Program-made: the position numbers and the translations under genes
Notes under the pieces: model-generated
The model's database searches: none
What the model was told of the DNA's origin: nothing
Seen by the model: the letters and a program-made list of their open reading frames with translations, nothing else
Shown: positions 9,346 to 17,660 of the stretch, piece after piece
Layout of the letters: every line of letters begins with the position of its first letter
Numbering within the stretch: the first letter of the stretch is position 1
NCBI GenBank assembly: GCA_964242575.1
Contig: CAXTCN010000012.1
Location: 3,204-67,203, forward strand
Origin: an uncultured Acetobacteraceae bacterium
Lineage (GTDB): Bacteria; Pseudomonadota; Alphaproteobacteria; Acetobacterales; Acetobacteraceae
Direction: 5' to 3'
Length of the DNA: 64,000 bases

Positions 9346-10161
9346 TCACTGCTGTCGCAGGGCGGCGGCGACCGCGTCCTTGCCCCATTGCCGTTCTAGC
9401 CGCCGCACCGTGAAATGCGCGCGGGCCAGGGCGTCATACTGCGCCATGAACGCCGCGTTAATCGCGGCGCCGCACACCGCGCCCGCCACCGGCACCGCCT
9501 GCGCCGCCAGCTTCTGGCCGAGCTGCACGCCGTAGCGCGCCGCCACCTCGGACATCAGCCGCACCAACGAGCCGCCTTGCAGCAGCAGGCGGGTCGGGAA
9601 GTAGCCCGCCTCGTTGCTGGCGCCGTCCGGGCCGGGCAGGCCGGTGCGCAGCGCGAACACCTCTAGGCAGGCGCGGCGGCTGGTCTCGGTCGTGAGGTCC
9701 TCGCCCTCCTCCTGCGCGATGCGGGCGATGCGGCGCATGATCGCCAAGGTTGTGACCGCCGCGTCCGGCGCGAATCCAAGCAGCCCGGCCGCGCCGCCCG
9801 CCGCGCCGGACATCGCCACCCCAAAGCCGGCCCGGCGTCCGCTGGTGCGCGGCGGCGCGGCGCCGGCCGGGGCGGGCAGACCCAGCACCGCGATGTCGAA
9901 CGCGCGGGCCAGCGCGGTTTCGGCCACGCCCTGCAACGACGCGCTCAGGCCGGGCAACGCCAGCAACGTCCCGGCGCCCCAGCCGCCCAGCATTCCCAGC
10001 GCCATCCGCCCCGCGCCGCCGAGCGCGCTTCCCAGTATGTCCGCGAGCCGCGACGCGAGGCCCGGTCCCTGTTGCAGGCGCGCGTAGGCCGCCCGCAGCT
10101 CCGCACGGGCGGCGTCGGGCATAGCGGCGTCGGGCATGGTGGGTTGGACAGTGAGCGACAT
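9346..10161 (-). CDS. EcsC-family protein
   Basis: From ATG 10161: ...TTLAIMRRIARIAQEEGEDL...CLEVFAL... and C-terminal AVPVAGAVCGAAINAAFMAQYDALARAHFTVRRLERQWG resemble the EcsC family. The upstream 57 codons of the track ORF look non-coding. Confidence 0.55.
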   Translation of the reverse strand: MSLTVQPTMPDAAMPDAARAELRAAYARLQQGPGLASRLADILGSALGGAGRMALGMLGGWGAGTLLALPGLSASLQGVAETALARAFDIAVLGLPAPAGAAPPRTSGRRAGFGVAMSGAAGGAAGLLGFAPDAAVTTLAIMRRIARIAQEEGEDLTTETSRRACLEVFALRTGLPGPDGASNEAGYFPTRLLLQGGSLVRLMSEVAARYGVQLGQKLAAQAVPVAGAVCGAAINAAFMAQYDALARAHFTVRRLERQWGKDAVAAALRQQ

Positions 10162-10286
10162 GGCGGCCTCATGCAGTGGGAGGGAATTTGAACGCGGCAG
10201 AGTAAGCCTGGTTAGGAATTGTGAAACGGGTTGACCCTGGCCCGTTAGGAAAACTAGCTTCCAATTGGAACATTTAGAGAACGTAA

Positions 10287-10487
10287 ATGGCACAGAACGC
10301 GCCCTCGCCGATTTCGCCTGTCGAGGCTCCACGCCCGCCGCGCCGGCCGTTGTATGTAGTGCGCGGCCGGCCCGGGCGGGAGGACCGCGGGCCGTTGCCG
10401 TCGGGCCACGCGCTGTCCTGGGACGCCATCACCGCCGGCACCGTGCTGGACCAGGCGCAATACCCCTACCCCGTGTTCCCGCGTTGA
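10287..10487 (+). CDS. Hypothetical small protein, first gene of the replication-type module
   Basis: 66-aa ORF. Its TGA overlaps an in-frame TTG of the next ORF (TTGA coupling). Confidence 0.35.
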   Translation: MAQNAPSPISPVEAPRPPRRPLYVVRGRPGREDRGPLPSGHALSWDAITAGTVLDQAQYPYPVFPR

Positions 10488-10936
10488 CCGTCCAGGACCG
10501 CGAAGACGGCCAGCGCATCGGCTGGCATCCGCTGGACCCGCCGGGGCCGCACCGCGCGGCGTCGTTGCTGGGGCAACTGGTGGCGTCCGGCATGATGCCG
10601 CGGGACTGGGCGTTGCAGGCGTTGCTGGGCGCGGCCGAGCGGTTGCGCCCGCCGCACGCCAGCGCCACCGGGCTGCGGATGCGGCTGGCGCACCGGTTGG
10701 ACGACGCCGTGCGGGACCACGAACGCCTGCGCGCCCGCGCCACGACCGACGTGCGGCGCGCGGTGCTGGCGCCGATCCTGGCCCGGCGGCCCAAGGCAGA
10801 GCTGCTGGCGCTGGCCGCCGGCGCTGACCCGGATGAGGCGTTGCGCCCGCGCGAGCGTCTGGCGTTGATCGAAACCGAAGTGGCCTGGGCGCTGCGCACC
10901 GGCGCGTTGCGGACGGGCGTGCCGTGTGCCGGATAG
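10484..10936 (+). CDS. Hypothetical protein
   Basis: C-terminal 150 codons of track ORF 10265..10936, starting at TTG 10484. Overlaps the next gene by 11 nt. Confidence 0.4.
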   Translation: MTVQDREDGQRIGWHPLDPPGPHRAASLLGQLVASGMMPRDWALQALLGAAERLRPPHASATGLRMRLAHRLDDAVRDHERLRARATTDVRRAVLAPILARRPKAELLALAAGADPDEALRPRERLALIETEVAWALRTGALRTGVPCAG

Positions 10937-12167
10937 CGCGTGGAACCTGTATGACGGCCCTGCCTCGCCCGAGTTGCTGGCATGGCCGGCGTCGTTGCCG
11001 GAGGCGGAGGGCATTCCACCGCGCGAGTGGCTGCTGGGCACCCGGCTGGTGCGCCGCTTCGTGAGCCTGCTGGTGGCGCCCGGCGGCGTCGGCAAGTCTG
11101 CGTTGGCGCTGGCGACCGCGGTCAGCCTGGCGTCCGGGCGCAACATCCTGGACGAGCACGTGCATCACAGCGTGCCGGCCTGGGTTTTGAACCTGGAGGA
11201 CCCGGCCGATGAGCTGAACCGCCGGGTCGCGGCGCTGATGCGGCTGCACGGCATCGGGCCGGAGGCGCTGCACGACCGGCTGTTCCTGCACCACGGGCGG
11301 GACCGCCGCCTGGTGATGGCGGCCGGCGTCGATGGCGCGGTGACCTACCCGGACCAGGACGGCGTGCTGGCGCAGATGCGGCACCGGGGCATTGGCCTGG
11401 TGGTGGTGGACCCGTTCGTGAAGTCGCACACCTTGGACGAGAACAGCAACGCGCACATGGACGCTGCCGCGACGGCGTGGGCCGAGGTGGCGGAGGCCGC
11501 GGGGGCGGCGGTGCTGCTGGTGCACCACGTCCGCAAGGCCGGGACCAGCGGGCCGGAAACCTCGGTGGACGCGGCGCGCGGGGCCAAGGCGCTGTCGGAC
11601 GCCGCCCGCAGCGCCACGGTGCTGTCGCCCATGACGACGGACGAGGCCGAGCAGCTTGGCGTGGGCGCGGACGAGCGTTGGCGGCATGTGTGGCTGGACG
11701 ACGCCAAGGCGAACATGGCGCCGCGCGGGGGCAAGGCGCGCTGGTTCCGCATGGAAACGGTGACGCTCGGCAACGGCACGGCCCTGTATCCGCACGGGGA
11801 CCAGGTGGCGGCGATCCAGCCGTGGCGGCCCAGCAGCCCGTGGGCGGCGCACTCGACGGCGCTGTTGAACGCGGTGCTGGACCGGCTGGCGGCCGGGCCG
11901 TCGCCCGGGGTGCTGTACGCGCCGACGCGCCGCGGCCGGGTCGCGCCGGGGTGGGGCGGGCGTCCTCTGGTGCAGATGCTGGGCGTGGCGGAGGCGCAGG
12001 CGGCGGTGATGCTGGAGACGTGGCTGCGCAGCGGCGTGCTCACGGTGGTCAGCTACCGCGACCCGGTGCAGCGGCGCGAGCGCAACGGCCTCAATGTGGT
12101 GGACGCGCTGCGTCCGACGCGGGTGGCGGATTTTACCAATGAAGGGATGGACGATGAGCGGAATTGA
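10926..12167 (+). CDS. RepA-like RecA-fold ATPase (AAA_25 type) of plasmids/phages
   Basis: Walker A LVAPGGVGKSALAL, Walker B GLVVVDPFVKSH, LLVHHVRKAG sensor strand. This architecture is typical of RepA/primase-associated helicases. Confidence 0.75.
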   Translation: MPDSAWNLYDGPASPELLAWPASLPEAEGIPPREWLLGTRLVRRFVSLLVAPGGVGKSALALATAVSLASGRNILDEHVHHSVPAWVLNLEDPADELNRRVAALMRLHGIGPEALHDRLFLHHGRDRRLVMAAGVDGAVTYPDQDGVLAQMRHRGIGLVVVDPFVKSHTLDENSNAHMDAAATAWAEVAEAAGAAVLLVHHVRKAGTSGPETSVDAARGAKALSDAARSATVLSPMTTDEAEQLGVGADERWRHVWLDDAKANMAPRGGKARWFRMETVTLGNGTALYPHGDQVAAIQPWRPSSPWAAHSTALLNAVLDRLAAGPSPGVLYAPTRRGRVAPGWGGRPLVQMLGVAEAQAAVMLETWLRSGVLTVVSYRDPVQRRERNGLNVVDALRPTRVADFTNEGMDDERN

Positions 12168-12397
12168 TGCGGGAATTGATGCAGGCGGGACGCCACGAAT
12201 TGATGCGGCAATTGATGCGGGAGCGGGGCCTGTGGCCTCGGGCGCATCAATTCCCCCCAGTTCCACTGGGGGAATTGATGCGCCCGATGCCGCACGGCCG
12301 GGGAAAACAGCGGGAATTGATGCGCGTTCTGATGCGCGAATTGATGCGGGGGCGCGCCCTCGAGTTGATGCGGCTTTTGATGCGGCTTTTGATGCGC
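12161..12397. repeat. Iteron array: 12 copies of an AATTGATGCG-type motif, candidate origin
   Basis: Direct copies start at 12161, 12173, 12197, 12209, 12271, 12313, 12327, 12338, 12362, 12374 and 12386, with an inverted copy at 12243. Spacing is mostly 12 or 24 bp. Confidence 0.75.
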
Positions 12398-12438
12398 GGG
12401 CGCGCAACCCGGACGGCCAGCGCGCCGATGCGGCGTTC

Positions 12439-12843
12439 GTGCTGGCCCGGCTGCACGAGGCCGGGGCCACGTTGCTGTCGCTGCCGCACACCGGGCACGG
12501 CACGCAACTGCGCCAGGGCGGGTTGGAGTGGGTGCGGGACGCGGCCACGGGCTATGGCGCGGCACCCGCCCGGCTGCGTCCGCCGGTGCCGAGCGCCGCC
12601 GCGATCGACCGGATGGACGTGGCGCTGGCGTGGATTTCGCTCATTCCCGAGGACAAGCGCGTGCTGCGCCGGGTGGTGGGCGCGCGCAGCCTGATTAGCC
12701 CGATGACCGGGCGGCACGTTTACAGTTGGCGGCGGATCGGCGCGGCGGTGGGGGCGGACCACAAGGCGATGCAGCGGTGGCACGCGCAGGGGGTGGACCT
12801 TATCGTGGCGGCGTTGAACGCGCCGCGTACGAGTACGCGGTGA
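12439..12843 (+). CDS. HTH-like protein accompanying the RepA-like ATPase (DUF6362-like)
   Basis: The conserved-looking part is ...LLSLPHTGHGTQLRQGGLEW...ISLIPEDKRVLRRVVGARSL...SWRRIGAAVGADHKAMQRWHAQGVDLIVAAL. The track ORF starts at 12094 and an ATG lies at 12154, but that N-terminus is the translated iteron array. In-frame GTG at 12439 is proposed as the start. Confidence 0.5.
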   Translation: MLARLHEAGATLLSLPHTGHGTQLRQGGLEWVRDAATGYGAAPARLRPPVPSAAAIDRMDVALAWISLIPEDKRVLRRVVGARSLISPMTGRHVYSWRRIGAAVGADHKAMQRWHAQGVDLIVAALNAPRTSTR

Positions 12844-13774
12844 CGGGCAGCCGGGGTTCCGGCGACAGTGGCGCGCGGAGGCCGCGGAGCATGGCGGCGG
12901 CGATGCGCTTGAGCTGCGGCGTGCCGGCGGCGCGGGCGTGCTCGGCGCGCAGCACGCGGCCCATGGTGCGGACCGCCGCCACCATTCCGAAGTGCTTGCG
13001 CAGCAGTTGCGCGTAGCTGGCGTAGTACAGCCGGGTGACGGCCGGGCTGTACTCGCCGCCGGACGACGCGCCGCCCTCGTGCAGCAGCGTGGGGTCCGGC
13101 AGGTAATGGATGGGGATGCCGGCGGCATTGAGGCGCATGCAGAGGTCCACGTCCTCCCAATAGACGAAAAAGCTTTCGTCCAGCAGGCCGACCTGTTCCA
13201 GCGCCTCCAACGCTAAGCCGAGGCAGCAGCCGCTGGCGAAGTCCACTTGGCGCGGGGTGGGCGGGTCCTCGGGCCGGTACTCCTCGTGCTTGTTGGCGAA
13301 GGTCCAGCCGTAGTCCAGGTGGCCGCCGGCGTACCAGGAACGCGCCGGGTCATCGGTCCGCATGACGCGCGGCGCGACGACGGGCCACTCGTGCTCCATC
13401 CAGGTGTCCAGCAGGTCTTGCAGGAAGTTGGGCGGCGGCACGGTGTCGGGGTTCAGCAGCAGGAACCTTTGCGCGTCCTGTTCCGCGGCGGCGCGCAAGC
13501 CCTGGTTCACCGCGCGGGCGAAGCCGACGTTCGTGTCGTTGGCGATGATGGTGACGCGCGGGTCCGCGAGGGCGCGCAGGGTGTTCATGGACGTGTCGGC
13601 GGAGGCGTTGTCGATGGCGATGAGCCGCCAGTCCCCCATGCGCTGCGCCACCAGGTGCAGCCACAGCGTGGTGAAGGCCTCGTTGCTGTTGTACAGCACG
13701 GTGACGATGTGGATGAGGGGCGGGTTCATGGCGGAGGGTTGTCTAGCCGCAACGGAGCCGGCTGGGTAGGTCAT
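12800..13774 (-). CDS. Family 2 glycosyltransferase
   Basis: IVTVLYNS...LIAIDNASADTS...NDTNVGFARAVNQGL is the GT-A fold with a DxD-type motif. Start is either 13774 or 13729. Confidence 0.8.
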   Translation of the reverse strand: MTYPAGSVAARQPSAMNPPLIHIVTVLYNSNEAFTTLWLHLVAQRMGDWRLIAIDNASADTSMNTLRALADPRVTIIANDTNVGFARAVNQGLRAAAEQDAQRFLLLNPDTVPPPNFLQDLLDTWMEHEWPVVAPRVMRTDDPARSWYAGGHLDYGWTFANKHEEYRPEDPPTPRQVDFASGCCLGLALEALEQVGLLDESFFVYWEDVDLCMRLNAAGIPIHYLPDPTLLHEGGASSGGEYSPAVTRLYYASYAQLLRKHFGMVAAVRTMGRVLRAEHARAAGTPQLKRIAAAMLRGLRAPLSPEPRLPVTAYSYAARSTPPR

Positions 13775-13875
13775 AGGAATGGCGCCGCAACGACATATCG
13801 GTTAACCCACATTAACGTCGTTGTTTGTAGGGATAGTAATTTGCCTATGCCTGGCCAGGCTAGCCGACTGGTGCC

Positions 13876-15132
13876 GTGCAAGTCATTGGATGGCATTGCA
13901 CCATGAATACCCTTGTCGTCATGTACCTCCACATACCCTTGAAAGCAGACGATCATAACGGGTTGGTGCGGCGGTGCCGCGCGTTCCTGCACGCGCTGCA
14001 CGAGGTCAGCCACCAAATCACGCTGCTTCAGATAGTTCCCGCCGATCAGATCGACGCGGCCGGACCGCTTGACCGGCTCAGCCAGGCGCAGTCCGAGTTT
14101 TGGGGCGTGCCGTTGCGCATAGCCCTCGTGCCGCGCCGCCCCCGGACGGAGACGGCCTGGCGTCACTACGGAGCAGGCATCTTGAACGCCGAAGCGCAGC
14201 CGACCCTGTTCCCATACGGCGGCGAGGCGGTGGCGAACGCAGTGGCCGCTCACCTGGACCAACAGCCGGACCTGGTGTTCGCCCAGGGCCTGCCGGCGAT
14301 GCTGCCGATCCTGCGCAGCCGCCGCCGTCCGCGGCGCCTGGTGTTCGATATGATCGATGTCGAGCACAAAGTCATGTTCCGGCAGGCGTTCAGCGCCCCG
14401 CGCTATTTGGGCAAGCCGGCCCGGTTGTTGCAGGTTCCGGCCTTGATGGCGTTGGAGCGCCGGTCCGTGGCGGCGTCCCACTTGACGTTTGTTTGCTCCG
14501 ATACGGACCGCGCATACTTGCGGCGGACAGGCTTCGGCGACACAATTCGGGTCGTGCCGAACGCGTTGGCATTGCCCGCTGACCCGCCCGGCGTCGTCAA
14601 GGACGGCACGGTGCTGTTCCTGGGCGACGCGGGCTACCCGCCCAACCATTATGCCGCGGAACGGATGGCGCGCCGCATTTGGCCCCGGGTGCACGCGGCC
14701 ATGCCCGACGCGCGGCTGCTGATTGCGGGCCGGGGCTCGGACCTCCTGTTGTCCGCCGCCGAGGGCCTGCCGGGGGTGGAGCACTTGGGCTTCGTGCCGG
14801 ACCTCGATGCGCTGTATGCCCGGTCCCGCGTGGTGTGCGCGCCCATCATGACCGGCGGCGGCACGCGGTTGAAGCTGGTGGAGGCCGCGTCCTACGCGCG
14901 GCCCATGGTGTCCACGCGGATCGGCGCGGAAGGGCTGGACTTCGTGGACGGGCAACAGGCGCTGCTGCGCGACGACGACGCGGGGTTCGCCGACGCGTGC
15001 GTGGCGCTGCTGCGGGACGACGCGCTGTGCCGGCGGCTGGGCGAGGCGGCGCGGGCGGTGATGGCGGCGGAGTACGACGTGCGCCGGGTGGAGGCGCGCA
15101 TCGTGGAGATGATCGGTAGTGTCTCAGTTTGA
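13876..15132 (+). CDS. Group 1 (GT4-type) glycosyltransferase
   Basis: C-terminal ...RVVCAPIMTGGGTRLKLVEAASYARPMVSTRIGAEGL is the GT-B E-x7-E region. Alternative ATG at 13903. Confidence 0.75.
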   Translation: MQVIGWHCTMNTLVVMYLHIPLKADDHNGLVRRCRAFLHALHEVSHQITLLQIVPADQIDAAGPLDRLSQAQSEFWGVPLRIALVPRRPRTETAWRHYGAGILNAEAQPTLFPYGGEAVANAVAAHLDQQPDLVFAQGLPAMLPILRSRRRPRRLVFDMIDVEHKVMFRQAFSAPRYLGKPARLLQVPALMALERRSVAASHLTFVCSDTDRAYLRRTGFGDTIRVVPNALALPADPPGVVKDGTVLFLGDAGYPPNHYAAERMARRIWPRVHAAMPDARLLIAGRGSDLLLSAAEGLPGVEHLGFVPDLDALYARSRVVCAPIMTGGGTRLKLVEAASYARPMVSTRIGAEGLDFVDGQQALLRDDDAGFADACVALLRDDALCRRLGEAARAVMAAEYDVRRVEARIVEMIGSVSV

Positions 15133-15335
15133 GATCCCTGATACTCACCATCTGCACCAGAAGCCATTAACAATCCAGCTTTGAAGCATGTTAATCTTGT
15201 AGCTTACAATGTGCGAAAGGGTAAAATAATGCGCCCCTCGTAGAATACGTGCGCCTTCTATAACGTATGGATGGATCTTGTGATGAGTTGTGTATGGTTA
15301 ACGAGGCATTCCAATACGTACATTGATGCAAGTAT

Positions 15336-15938
15336 TTAATCCGCAAGAGCTATAAATTTTTCCCTCCGTTCAGGCCAAGTCGGGCTGAGGACAATGGAAG
15401 CATAGGGTTCCGGTATAGCTAACAAACGAGCAACTTCGGACGGCGTCATATGCTTCTCAACGAGGCGTGCAATTGCTTCTTCAGGACACAATACGGCCAA
15501 AGCCTGGTAAGTAGCAACTTCCTCGAAAAGAGCCATAGGACTCATTTCTGTGTCAACAAACCCATTGAGAGACATATTATTTAGAAGTTCTTCGCCCTTC
15601 TCGCGTGAATTTACTTTTAGCTCTTCTGGATCAAGTGCATGTATAAGCTCTTTTACACAGATAAGTCTTTGCCAATCTAGAGCGCTATTTCTGTTATATC
15701 TGACAACACAGTGAACAATACTTGCCCCATACGTAAGGGTATTCTCATAGATAATAATGTTCCCACGTAGATGCCCTACTGGGCCGTCGAATGGGGATAT
15801 GATGATACGATCATAGTATCCCCATTCGACTATTTGATTCCGGATTTCAGCGACTTCGACTGGAACTTTTGTAAAACGCGAAAACAGATTAACTAGTCTT
15901 CGGACAGTTATGCACTCGCCTTTGGTAAGAAAAGCCCT
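15336..15938 (-). CDS. 200-codon open frame, ImmA/IrrE-like with KExxH in place of HExxH; no canonical start in the first 121 codons
   Basis: AT-rich DNA, yet open from the TAG at 15941-15939 down to the stop at 15336. The first ATG/GTG/TTG is at 15575 (track ORF). WQRLICVKELIHAL aligns to the rqrFtlaHElgH metallopeptidase motif. Confidence 0.4.
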   Translation of the reverse strand, partial: RAFLTKGECITVRRLVNLFSRFTKVPVEVAEIRNQIVEWGYYDRIIISPFDGPVGHLRGNIIIYENTLTYGASIVHCVVRYNRNSALDWQRLICVKELIHALDPEELKVNSREKGEELLNNMSLNGFVDTEMSPMALFEEVATYQALAVLCPEEAIARLVEKHMTPSEVARLLAIPEPYASIVLSPTWPERREKFIALAD

Positions 15939-15955
15939 CTATTTGGAGGGCTTTT
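15930..15955 (-). terminator. Rho-independent terminator after the 81-aa gene
   Basis: AAAAGCCCTC-tatttg-GAGGGCTTTT. On the minus strand the GC stem is followed by UUUUCUU. Confidence 0.7.
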
Positions 15956-15958
15956 GAA

Positions 15959-16204
15959 TTACCGCAAAGTTAATACGTCTATCTTGGGTGAGTTGCTGAT
16001 TGGAGGAGCATCCAGCAAATTACCTTCATTTTCCCAAGTATGCGCAATTACCTCTTTGGCTGCTAGGCACATCTGATCCACAGTTAAATCTTTCGCGTTT
16101 CCACGAAAAAATTTAACGTTTAGAACCTTCTTATCATCTCTGTCGAACAGAAACGCGAGTAGCCTTTCCCGTTCAGTCATCAATCTCGTCCTTTCCACTC
16201 CCAC
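15959..16204 (-). CDS. Hypothetical small protein in the AT-rich islet
   Basis: 81-aa ORF (alternative ATG at 16180, MTERERLLAFLF...). No recognised motif. Confidence 0.45.
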   Translation of the reverse strand: MGVERTRLMTERERLLAFLFDRDDKKVLNVKFFRGNAKDLTVDQMCLAAKEVIAHTWENEGNLLDAPPISNSPKIDVLTLR

Positions 16205-16473
16205 CGCACCGCGATGGCTTGCTTAGCATCTCAACACCCCACTATTCCCTTGAGGCGCACGCAAGATATATAACACGTCCGGCGCATACCATCGTATTTC
16301 ATCATCGATAAATTAATTGGCTGCGTTGTGATAAAAATTCTGTGTTTCGCGCCAGCATGAGCGTCAGTGGCTTAGGATAATCAGCCTCAAGTTTAGATTC
16401 CATCAAACAATCGAGGGGTTGGCGGCGTAGGGTCATGCTGCGTGCACCCTACGCGCCAAACCTCACCAAACCC

Positions 16474-17541
16474 TTAACGCCGGGCGGGCACGGACGCCTC
16501 GTATCGCGTTAACCGGTTCTTTAGGGTCCGGGCCGCATAGTCCTCGGCGGCGGCGGCTTCGGGGATGGTGTCGCCCAGGCCGAAGAAGTCATGGGTGGTG
16601 CCAGGGAACATGCGGAAGCTGACGGGGATGCGCGCGGCCTGCAAGGTGGCGGCGAGGGTTTCGCCCTGGCTGCGCAGCGGGTCGATCTCGGCCACGATGA
16701 TGGTGGTGGGCGGCAAGCCATCGAGGTCCTGGCGGGACAGCAGGTCGAGCCTTGGGTCCCTAAGCTCGCGGCCGCTGTTCACGTACTCGTCCTGCGCCCA
16801 GTTGACGGTGCGGCGGGTGAGCGGGCGGCTGTTGCCGGACTCCGTCATGCTGGGGCTGGACAGGGAGGTGCCGACCAGGGGCGTGATGAGCAACAGGTGG
16901 TCCGGCACGGCCACGCCGCGGTCGCGGGCCAGGAGCGCGGTGCTGAGGGCGAGGTTCGCGCCGGGTCCGGTGCCCGCGAGCACGACGCGGGTGGGGTCGG
17001 CGCCCCAGGACCGGGCGGTGGCGCGCGCCCACTGGTATGCCGCGAAGGCGTCGTCGTGCGCGGCGGGGAAGGGGGACTCGGGCGCCTTGCGGGTGGCGAC
17101 GGTGACGACGGCCCAGCCGGTGCGGGCGCTGAGTTGGCGGGCGGTTTCGTCGGCGTGGTCCAGCCCGCCGGTGACCCAGGTGCCGCCGGGGAACAGGACG
17201 ATAAGCGGCGTGTCCCGCGCGAGAGCGGGGCGGTACAGGCGGGCGGACAGCGGGCCTTCGGCGCCGCTGGCGGTGAGCGGGGTGACCTGCGGCACCTCCG
17301 TCGTTGGCGCCGGCAGGCCGTGCACGTTGGGGATGGCGCGCGCGGCGTCGGCCAGGATGGGGACCTGTCGTGCCCGGTCGGCGCTGAGGCTCGCGAGGGG
17401 CTGGGGGCGGAGGACCTGGTACTCGGACAGCACCTCGGTCATGGCGGGGCTGGGCTGGTACGGCGTGCTGCCCTGGGGCGGCGTCGTGCCGCAGGCGGCG
17501 AGGAGGGCCATGAGGGCGAGGGGCGAGAGGCGCGGCGGCAT
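16474..17541 (-). CDS. Lipoprotein, alpha/beta-hydrolase (HSL-type) homolog lacking the catalytic Ser
   Basis: Lipobox LALMALLAACG. Family alignment to gene 5195..6160, but HGGG is replaced by FPGGTW and GDSAG by GTGPG, while the DPL and H(D)F positions remain. Confidence 0.7.
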   Translation of the reverse strand: MPPRLSPLALMALLAACGTTPPQGSTPYQPSPAMTEVLSEYQVLRPQPLASLSADRARQVPILADAARAIPNVHGLPAPTTEVPQVTPLTASGAEGPLSARLYRPALARDTPLIVLFPGGTWVTGGLDHADETARQLSARTGWAVVTVATRKAPESPFPAAHDDAFAAYQWARATARSWGADPTRVVLAGTGPGANLALSTALLARDRGVAVPDHLLLITPLVGTSLSSPSMTESGNSRPLTRRTVNWAQDEYVNSGRELRDPRLDLLSRQDLDGLPPTTIIVAEIDPLRSQGETLAATLQAARIPVSFRMFPGTTHDFFGLGDTIPEAAAAEDYAARTLKNRLTRYEASVPARR

Positions 17542-17660
17542 GGGGGAACCCTGGATCAGTGCCGGTGCAAGGTGCCGTGGACGCGGCGTACCGACAAGCA
17601 CTTTGCTGCGTGGGGGCTAAATAGCTTGCGTGCGAGATACTGGTGCCCTAGCGATCCGCC

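Noticed and set aside
10254-12548. 764-aa minus-strand ORF, the longest ORF in this region.
   Set aside because: It is antisense to the RepA-like ATPase gene, which has clear Walker motifs. The translation is Arg/Pro/Ala/His low-complexity, as expected for the mirror frame of GC3-rich coding DNA.
16425-16454. 9-bp inverted repeat GCGTAGGGT/ACCCTACGC downstream of the esterase-like lipoprotein gene, considered as a terminator.
   Set aside because: There is no U-tract on the relevant strand and the 12-nt loop is long. It may be structural but cannot be supported as an intrinsic terminator.
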